From the NCBI GenBank assembly GCA_039030515.1, contig JBCCEA010000042.1, positions 1 through 31,957 of the forward strand: 31,957 nucleotides of DNA. Direction: 5' to 3'. The stretch is from Myxococcota bacterium (GTDB lineage Bacteria; Myxococcota_A; Polyangia; Polyangiales; Houyiibacteriaceae). Positions 1-7,147 of this stretch are shown in pieces. The first letter of the stretch is position 1, and every line of letters starts with the position of its first letter. Under the pieces are notes generated by a model. It worked only from the letters and a program-made list of their open reading frames with translations. It searched no databases and was not told where the DNA came from. Both the position numbers and the translations under genes were made by a program.

Positions 1-138
1 CACTCAGCAGAGCGTTGCACTCAGCAGAGCGTTGCACTCAGCAGAGCGTTGCACTCAGCAGAGCGTTGCACTCAGCAGAGCGTTGCACTCAGCAGAGCGT
101 TGCACTCAGCAGAGCGTTGCACTCAGCAGAGCGTTGCA
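1..138. repeat. 17-bp perfect tandem repeat CACTCAGCAGAGCGTTG, 8 copies (may continue beyond the window)
   Basis: Identical units start at 1, 18, 35, 52, 69, 86, 103 and 120; no spacers. Confidence 0.97.
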
Positions 139-178
139 GTTGGCGCGCATTGCGACTACATGCTTTTGGGGTGGAGTG

Positions 179-853
179 ATGCGAATCCCCCTTGTCAATT
201 TACTGGTTCGAAGCCCGCTACCGCGACTCCGGGAGCAGATGCTCTCCGTAGTCGAATGCGCCGAGATGGTTCCTGAACTGATCGATGCCCTGACGCGCGG
301 AGATCACCTCACCATCGTTCAGCTCGCTAGGGATACCAGCGTGCTGGAGGTTCGATGCGACGAGCTCAAGAACAGCCTCCAGGCGAACATGCCCACGCGT
401 CTTTTGCTTCCCGTAGATCGAAGAGACCTACTCAAGCTGGTCGCCCAGATCGACGCGACGGCCAATTGCGCTGAGGACGTCGGCGTACTGCTCACGCTCA
501 GGCACATGGAAGTCCCGGAGGAGCTTACCCCTACCCTGAAGACATTCGTAGATCAGGTCATGGATGTCGTTCGCACGAGCCAACGGCTGGTAGACCTTAT
601 CGAGCCCTTGATCCAATCGAGTTTTGGGGGACGACCCGCAAACGAAGCGCGTGCGATCATCGAAGAGCTCGGTCGCAAGGAGCATAAAGCCGACAAGCTT
701 CAAGATCAGTGCGCGAAGATCTTGTTCAGCCTGGAGCACGAACTGCCCCCCGTCGGCGTGTTTATGTGGACCAAAATACTGAACAAGATAGGCGATATGG
801 CCAACCACTCAGAGCGCGTCGGCGATCAATTTCGCCTCTTCCTCGCGCGATAA
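179..853 (+). CDS. DUF47/TIGR00153 family phosphate-transport accessory protein (PhoU-like)
   Basis: Start moved to ATG 179 (MRIPLV; GGAG just upstream) because the ORF-track extension runs through the repeat. Motifs 'LLPVDRRDLL..D..AN.AEDV', 'EHKADKLQ' and 'IGDMANHSERVGD'; directly upstream of a PiT gene. Confidence 0.88.
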   Translation: MRIPLVNLLVRSPLPRLREQMLSVVECAEMVPELIDALTRGDHLTIVQLARDTSVLEVRCDELKNSLQANMPTRLLLPVDRRDLLKLVAQIDATANCAEDVGVLLTLRHMEVPEELTPTLKTFVDQVMDVVRTSQRLVDLIEPLIQSSFGGRPANEARAIIEELGRKEHKADKLQDQCAKILFSLEHELPPVGVFMWTKILNKIGDMANHSERVGDQFRLFLAR

Positions 854-918
854 CGCAACTGGGCGACACTACTGCTCAGAGCATCCTTTTCTTCAGCGCG
901 CTATATCGTGGCCGAGCC

Positions 919-2154
919 ATGGACGGCACCACCCTACTCTTGGTCACTGCGACGGTCACGGGGCTTTATATGGCTTGGAACATCGGCGCAAACGACGTCG
1001 CCAACGCCATGGGAACCACCGTTGGATCCAAAGCGCTGAGTTTGCGCGGGGCCATTTTAATAGCAGCGTGTTTTGAGTTTAGCGGCTCCCTGATCGCTGG
1101 AGGTACGGTCACCTCGACCATCGCAGCCGGGATCATCGATATCGGAATCTTCCGAGAAGACGCCTGGACCCTTGCCCTAGGGATGACGTGCTGCCTGTTG
1201 TCGGCCGCCATATGGCTCAACGTGGCTACTTTTTTTGGTTGGCCAGTCTCGACAACCCATACGATCGTGGGCTCCGTATTTGGGTTTGGCGTGGTAGCCG
1301 GTGGATTTGAAGCGGTGCGCTGGAGCGTGATGAATACGATCGTGCTGAGCTGGGTCGCCTCCCCCCTGCTCGGAGGTCTCCTGAGCTACGCCGTTTTTAC
1401 GATGATTCGCGACCGCATCCTCAATGCAATGCATCCACTGCAGGCACTGAGGCGCCTTGCTCCGCTCCTTATCTTTCCCATCTTCACCGTGCTGACACTT
1501 GCGCTCGCACTCCAGGGCCTTTCGCCCCTGGGTTTGGAGTTCAGGACCGCCCTGTGCGCCGCCTTGGCGACCGGTCTGCTCAGCGCGGTCATCGCAGTGC
1601 CCGTGGTGCACAGACTTTCCCAAACGCGATTTGGCGCGAACGAGACGATGGCGGTGGAACAGGTGTTTTCGGGGCTACAGGTGCTCACCGCGAGCATGGT
1701 GGCCTTTGCCCACGGCAGCAATGACGTGGCCAACGCAGTAGGACCACTCGCAACCGTGTTTGGCGCAATTCAAATGGGAATCCAGGACACGATCGAGGTA
1801 CCGATGAACGTCTTGATGATCGGCGCCATCGGCATCGTGATCGGCCTTTCTACCTTCGGCTATCGAGTGATGGCGACGATCGGAGAAGAGATCACGAGCC
1901 TGACCCCTTCACGAGGATTCTCGGCGGAGTTCGCTGCATCGACGACCATTTTATTGGCGAGCATGCTGGCCATCCCGGTCAGCACGTCCCATACCCTCGT
2001 CGGATCGGTCATCGGCGTAGGATTCGCGCGCAGCCTCGGCGCCATCAACACCTCGGTAGTACGACGCATCGCCCTAAGCTGGGTGGTTACAGTGCCGTTC
2101 TCGGCGAGTTTGGCGGCTATCCTCTTCAGCCTGGTGCACTCGATCGCAGGCTGA
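919..2154 (+). CDS. pit: Inorganic phosphate transporter, PiT family
   Basis: Signatures GANDVANAMGT and HGSNDVANA, plus PVSTTH/PVSTSH; many hydrophobic helices; start MDGTT at 919. Confidence 0.95.
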   Translation: MDGTTLLLVTATVTGLYMAWNIGANDVANAMGTTVGSKALSLRGAILIAACFEFSGSLIAGGTVTSTIAAGIIDIGIFREDAWTLALGMTCCLLSAAIWLNVATFFGWPVSTTHTIVGSVFGFGVVAGGFEAVRWSVMNTIVLSWVASPLLGGLLSYAVFTMIRDRILNAMHPLQALRRLAPLLIFPIFTVLTLALALQGLSPLGLEFRTALCAALATGLLSAVIAVPVVHRLSQTRFGANETMAVEQVFSGLQVLTASMVAFAHGSNDVANAVGPLATVFGAIQMGIQDTIEVPMNVLMIGAIGIVIGLSTFGYRVMATIGEEITSLTPSRGFSAEFAASTTILLASMLAIPVSTSHTLVGSVIGVGFARSLGAINTSVVRRIALSWVVTVPFSASLAAILFSLVHSIAG

Positions 2155-2177
2155 GACGCGGTGTCGAATAAGCGCGC

Positions 2178-3335
2178 TTAGGGCAGCGCTGGCGCAGAAA
2201 ACAGGGGGAATGTGACCTCGATCGCGGTACCCCTATCTTCAACAGCCCGCGCGATCACTCGCCCCCCACACTCTTGCACCAAATTCCGTGCGATCGCGAG
2301 CCCAAATCCCGCGCTGGGCGTTCCCTTTACAACGAAACTGGGATCGAAAAGACGTTCGTACTCCGCCTCGGTCAGTTGAGGCGCGTTGTCGCTGATTCGG
2401 ATGACTGCACCCAGGCCCTCCTGCGATACCAGCACGTCGATCACCGCATCGTCCACTTGAGCCACCGCATGAGCCGCGTGCATCAAAAGATTGGTCACCA
2501 CTTGGCCGAGTCGGGTCGCGTCGATGGGCACCAGGGGCGCGTCGTCAGAAACCACGCGAAGACGCGCGACTCGCTGCAGCTCAGGTCGCAAAATCCGCAC
2601 CGCTTGGTCCACCACACGCGAGGCGTCACATCGAGAGGAGGGCTTGGTTCCTGGTGTAAGCCTTTCAAGGCGTTTTACTACAGAGCGCATTTGCTCTACC
2701 GCGGACATCGCGTCGGACTGGGCAGTTCGAAGTTCGGTCAACAGGTGCACGGTTTGATCCGGATCACTCCGTACGTGGGTGATCGCTCCAGCTGTGAGGT
2801 CGGTCATACTTTCCATGCATTGTGATAAGAGTTCGGCAAAGCTGCCAAACTCCGCAGCAACTTCTGCCTGAAATGCAGAAACGGCCGTAGAGGGTCCGGA
2901 CTGAAGGAGTCGCACCTCGAGATCACGAACGCTTCTCTGAATGTGCACAAGTTCGATCGCCGTGCGAAGCGTGGACTCGAGCTCTTCGTTTTGAAAGGGT
3001 TTTGCGAGATATCGTGTGACCTGACCCCGATTGATCGCGTCGATCGCCGCATGCATATCGGCATACGCAGTGACGATGATACGAATGGTGTCGGGTCGAA
3101 TTTCACGAGCCTTTTCGCAGACCTCAACCCCAGACATCCTGGGCATTCGCTGATCGCACAGCAGTACCGCGATGTCTTGCTGCTGCAAAATGGCAAGCGC
3201 TTCGTCACCGCTGTCTGCCGTGTAAAGAGTCAGGCTGTCCTCTAAGAAGTAGCGGACTGAAATGAGATTTGCTTTTTCGTCGTCAACGTAAAGTATTGGA
3301 TAAGCACGGTAATCGACACTCACGGGTGCCTCCAT
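2178..3335 (-). CDS. Response regulator receiver fused to a degenerate histidine-kinase/HATPase domain
   Basis: Intact REC (YVDDE, CDQRMP, IVTA, AKPF). C-terminal HATPase-like region (QVVTNLL, RLFDP, GFGLAIA) with no H-box His. Confidence 0.88.
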   Translation of the reverse strand: MEAPVSVDYRAYPILYVDDEKANLISVRYFLEDSLTLYTADSGDEALAILQQQDIAVLLCDQRMPRMSGVEVCEKAREIRPDTIRIIVTAYADMHAAIDAINRGQVTRYLAKPFQNEELESTLRTAIELVHIQRSVRDLEVRLLQSGPSTAVSAFQAEVAAEFGSFAELLSQCMESMTDLTAGAITHVRSDPDQTVHLLTELRTAQSDAMSAVEQMRSVVKRLERLTPGTKPSSRCDASRVVDQAVRILRPELQRVARLRVVSDDAPLVPIDATRLGQVVTNLLMHAAHAVAQVDDAVIDVLVSQEGLGAVIRISDNAPQLTEAEYERLFDPSFVVKGTPSAGFGLAIARNLVQECGGRVIARAVEDRGTAIEVTFPLFSAPALP

Positions 3336-3368
3336 GGTGCGCTGTCGAAGCGGGGTTGCCTGAGGGTT

Positions 3369-6239
3369 TTACTGGGCTGCAACCTGTGGCGATCGCAAGG
3401 CGTTCGGGATAAAAACACGAAACAAAGCACCACCTTCAGTAGAGTCTACCACCCGAAGAGTTCCGCCGTGCCGATCGATGACCTGTTTTGCGATGGCGAG
3501 TCCGAGTCCGGTGCCTTCACCGGCGGGCCTTGTGGTGTAGAAGGGCTCGAAAATCTTCAAGCGTTTGGCAGCCGGAACACCCGGACCCTGATCTTCAACC
3601 TCCACCAGATAGCCGGCTGGCCCATCCATGTGCGCATCGGAGCTACCTCGTTCGTTCGAACTGTCTGTGGGGGCATGCGCTCCGGTGGCCCAACCGCGAA
3701 TTCGAACGCATCCACCTGGCTTTGCGCGTGCTGCATTGTCGACCAGGTTGAGAAACACGTGATTCATATCGCCGGCACGCCCCTCGAGTACCGTGGATTC
3801 GTCGACGGCAAGGTCAAACCGAGTGCCGTCCGTAAGCCGCGCTTGCACCAATCTCACGGCAGCAAGCAAACCCGACCCGGGAGAGAAAGGTCCACTCTGT
3901 TCACGATCGATGCGAGAAACGTCGAGAAGGTCCGCCGTCATCCGTTCGATCCGAGTGGCGCAGTCCATCATGACGTCCATCATCTCCTGGGTCATGGGAT
4001 CCACAGAGGGCCCAATACGCTTCTTCATCGCGGGCAGTCCACTCACCAGAGCAGTAAGAGGATTTCGCACCTGATGGGCAACTGACGCCGCCAGCACACC
4101 TAGAGTTGCGAGGCGTTCCTTGACGGCCATCTCACGCAACATCGATCGGAGTCGCACATGCACATCGACGCGCGCAAGCAACTCGCGGGCACTGAACGGC
4201 TTTGGGACGTAGTCACTCGCCCCCGCCTCAAACCCTTCCAAAACCCAACCCACATCGCTGCGTGCCGTCACGAGCAGGATGGGGACCCCTTGCGTGCGTT
4301 CGTCGGCTCGAAGGGCGCGGCAAAGCGCGTAGCCATCCATCCTGGGCATCGCGACGTCGCTTATCACCACGTCTGGCGACTCCTGAAAGGCAAGACGCAC
4401 CCCGTGTTCCCCATCGGAGGCGAGAAGTACCCGGTAGGAAGTGCAAAGCAGATTTCCGACATGTCGCCTCAGGTCGTCGTTGTCTTCCACAACGAGCGCC
4501 AAAGGAGCATCCTCCGACGGCCCTACGATCAGCTCGGTGGAATCGCGACGGACCGCCCCAGGAAGGTAGGATTCCGTAGGAGCCGCCACTGGACGGACCG
4601 ATGGTCGTGCCGCGAGCCCGGTTTCGGCGTCGTCGGTTTGCACGACTCTCGGAATGCGTAGGGTAAATGTGGTCCCTGCCCCTATGCGACTCGTGCACAA
4701 CACGTCTCCCCCGTGCAGCCTGGCTGCTTCACGGACGATCGCGAGACCCAGACCTGTTCCACCTCGCTTTTCACCCTGTTCGGCCTGCGCAAAGCGGGAA
4801 AAAACCTGAGCCACATCCTCGTCGGACATGCCCTCACCCTGATCCTCAACCGAGATCATCACGTCACCTCCCCGATCGTAGGCTCGTACGGTGATGCAGC
4901 TGCCCGGCGGACTAAACTTCAGGGCATTGGCCACTAGATTGGTGATGGCCGATTCGATCCATTTGGGATCGACCGCAGCTGGAGTGAGCGCATCTGCGAT
5001 CTCCAACTTCAACGTCACATCGCGTCGATGGGCGTCGCTCTCGAATGCAGAAACGACCCCGCGGACGAAGTCCCCTATATCGAGATGAAGTCGCATCAAC
5101 TTCATCTCTCCAGCATCAAACTTGGAGAGGTCGAGCAGCTGATTGATCAGGTGAAGTAAGCGTTTTCCGTTTCTTTGCATCGCGGAGAGCGAAGCTTGAC
5201 GACCTCCAGGAGGTTCGAGTCCCCGAGCCAGATCATCTACCGGAGCCAAAATCAAAGAAAGCGGAGTCCGAAGTTCATGGGAGACGTTGGTAAAAAAGCG
5301 CGTCTTCGCCTCGTCGAGAGCCCGCACCTCAGCGAGTGTCTCAGAAAGCCGCTGCCCGGTCAGCGCGAGCTCCGCAGTCCGAGTTTCAACTTTTTCATCC
5401 ACCTCTGCTTTTGCCTGCAGCAACTCCTCGTAGCGTGCTTCGCCCGCGCTCACGCTCTGCACAAGCGCGTCCTGTTGCGCCTCCATATCCTCTATCTGTT
5501 CACGCAGTTCTCCGCTCAAACGCAAAACGCGAATGGAAAGTGCCGCGCAAAGCCCTCCGAGTGCTCCAAGAAGCGCGCCCCAGCGAAGATCACCAAGGCC
5601 GTAGAAGCCGAGCAAGAGTCCCAAAGCTCCGCCCGATGAAAATGCGAGCGCACTACGCCATCTTCGACGCGGCTCTTCCCACTCTATTTCGTAGACGCAT
5701 GCCTCGTCTCCCCGATGCATGCAGGCGGAGTGATGCACGACCGCCGGCGCCATCTCGAACATCGTGGTCACCGCGGAAAAGTTGGCGATTCTGGCGCGAC
5801 AGCAGTGGTCCGTTGTTTCTCGCGGCGCTTCGGGATTGGAGCGATAGGTCAGGGTGAGTGCATGGGTGCCCGTTCGTTCGACCTGCATCGACGCGATCTT
5901 GTTCACTCGAGGACCGGCTTTCACCACCTGAGTGAAGGTGAACATTGGGCTGTTAAACGCCCGAAATAACGGTCGCAAGAAACCGAAATATTTGGGACTG
6001 ACCACCCGACGTCCACATCGGGAAAACAGAGCCGGATCGTTTCGAAGCGCGACAAGTCGATCAAAAAACGCTTCGACAAATTCGAGTGAGAGCCAGGCAT
6101 TAGGGTCCTCCAATTCCTTCTGAGTTACCCCAAACGGCTCCAAGATATCGAGGAGTGCTTCTTCACCGAGCGCATCTCGAGTGTCGTCCATGAACGGACG
6201 GATCAAAAGATTGTGCACTTCAGGACGAAAAACTTGCAT
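3369..6239 (-). CDS. Hybrid sensor histidine kinase: V4R-like sensor - 2 TM - HisKA/HATPase - REC - second HisKA/HATPase
   Basis: H-boxes SHELRTPL and AHQVRNPL; N/G boxes NALKF, DQGEG and GTGLGL (twice); REC VVEDN..SDVAMP..KPF; N-terminal C-x3-G-x3-C (ACMHRGDEAC). Start set at ATG 6239, overlapping the upstream stop (TGATG). Confidence 0.92.
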   Translation of the reverse strand: MQVFRPEVHNLLIRPFMDDTRDALGEEALLDILEPFGVTQKELEDPNAWLSLEFVEAFFDRLVALRNDPALFSRCGRRVVSPKYFGFLRPLFRAFNSPMFTFTQVVKAGPRVNKIASMQVERTGTHALTLTYRSNPEAPRETTDHCCRARIANFSAVTTMFEMAPAVVHHSACMHRGDEACVYEIEWEEPRRRWRSALAFSSGGALGLLLGFYGLGDLRWGALLGALGGLCAALSIRVLRLSGELREQIEDMEAQQDALVQSVSAGEARYEELLQAKAEVDEKVETRTAELALTGQRLSETLAEVRALDEAKTRFFTNVSHELRTPLSLILAPVDDLARGLEPPGGRQASLSAMQRNGKRLLHLINQLLDLSKFDAGEMKLMRLHLDIGDFVRGVVSAFESDAHRRDVTLKLEIADALTPAAVDPKWIESAITNLVANALKFSPPGSCITVRAYDRGGDVMISVEDQGEGMSDEDVAQVFSRFAQAEQGEKRGGTGLGLAIVREAARLHGGDVLCTSRIGAGTTFTLRIPRVVQTDDAETGLAARPSVRPVAAPTESYLPGAVRRDSTELIVGPSEDAPLALVVEDNDDLRRHVGNLLCTSYRVLLASDGEHGVRLAFQESPDVVISDVAMPRMDGYALCRALRADERTQGVPILLVTARSDVGWVLEGFEAGASDYVPKPFSARELLARVDVHVRLRSMLREMAVKERLATLGVLAASVAHQVRNPLTALVSGLPAMKKRIGPSVDPMTQEMMDVMMDCATRIERMTADLLDVSRIDREQSGPFSPGSGLLAAVRLVQARLTDGTRFDLAVDESTVLEGRAGDMNHVFLNLVDNAARAKPGGCVRIRGWATGAHAPTDSSNERGSSDAHMDGPAGYLVEVEDQGPGVPAAKRLKIFEPFYTTRPAGEGTGLGLAIAKQVIDRHGGTLRVVDSTEGGALFRVFIPNALRSPQVAAQ

Positions 6240-7138
6240 CAGTATACCAATTTGCTTGCGCTCACCGCTAGAGGAACCACCAGACCAAACACGTCGGATC
6301 GCTGTCCCCATGCAGCGATCGCATCGCGGCAGTGCCCCGCGTCCTCTCGAGACAGGAGATCTTCATCGATGTCCTGTGCGATCACGTGCAGGACGATTCG
6401 AGCAAAAGCCTCAGGTCCGAGCTCTTGCGCCGTGACCGGAAAAGGCACGGTGTGAATCTCTCTGCCGCCGGCTTCACGCACCAGACGAGGTAGCGATCTT
6501 CCGATGTGGGGATGCGCCTGACGACGAAGGTAGGTCTGATGCCGCGCTTGCCGCGCTTCAGCAAAGCCTTCGGGTACGGGATCGACGAGGAGGGTCTGAT
6601 CATCCATGTCGATGACCGCGATGCGTCCACCGGGACGCACCACCCGGAGCATTTCGGTGACCACCTTGGCAACCTCGGGAATGTGCCTGAGCACGTAGCG
6701 AGCCCAGACAAAGTCGAAGGAGTCGGTCCGGAAAGGGAGCGAAAGAGCGCTTCCGTGGACATAGGTCACACGCCCCTGCGCTACTCCAAGAGCGGTCGTG
6801 TCGAGCTCTACTCCGAACACCGAGAGCGAGGGGTTCTGAGCAGCAATACCCGCCGTGACAAATCCTGGACCGCAACCGACATCGAGAACGCGTCCCGATT
6901 CCGGCAGCCCAAGCTGCCGAAGTAGCTGTACCTCTCGGCGAAACACAACCTCGGCCTGTGCTTTCAACCGATGCACCTCATCCTCGGCATTCTCGAAGCG
7001 GTCGATCCGGTACGCGGGCGGCTCTGGCACAGGAGAGACCCTATGCGCTGCATCCTGGTGCCCGCGTGCGTCCTGCCGGAGCCGATCCGTTTCCTGCAAC
7101 GCCTTATGAGTTTTCGACGCTTGCTTCCAACTGGTCAT
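6239..7138 (-). CDS. Class I SAM-dependent methyltransferase (small-molecule type)
   Basis: Motif I VLDVGCGPG, motif II SFDFV, motif III VRPGGRI. Confidence 0.92.
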   Translation of the reverse strand: MTSWKQASKTHKALQETDRLRQDARGHQDAAHRVSPVPEPPAYRIDRFENAEDEVHRLKAQAEVVFRREVQLLRQLGLPESGRVLDVGCGPGFVTAGIAAQNPSLSVFGVELDTTALGVAQGRVTYVHGSALSLPFRTDSFDFVWARYVLRHIPEVAKVVTEMLRVVRPGGRIAVIDMDDQTLLVDPVPEGFAEARQARHQTYLRRQAHPHIGRSLPRLVREAGGREIHTVPFPVTAQELGPEAFARIVLHVIAQDIDEDLLSREDAGHCRDAIAAWGQRSDVFGLVVPLAVSASKLVY

Positions 7139-7147
7139 TCTGCACCC

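Noticed and set aside
1..138. CRISPR array or Pho-box array
   Set aside because: Units are contiguous with no spacers, and the 17-bp period and sequence do not match the 11-bp CTGTCAT-type Pho box.
141..153. Sigma-54 promoter TGGC...TTGC
   Set aside because: GG to GC spacing is 8 nt, not the required 10.
32..178. N-terminal extension of DUF47 in the ORF track
   Set aside because: It is merely the translated tandem repeat; family similarity starts at Met 179.
709..918. ORF-track 5' extension of pit, and similar extensions at 6240-6311, 10770-11003, 15502-15777 and 23572-23922
   Set aside because: They overlap neighbouring genes and lack family similarity; better starts lie downstream.
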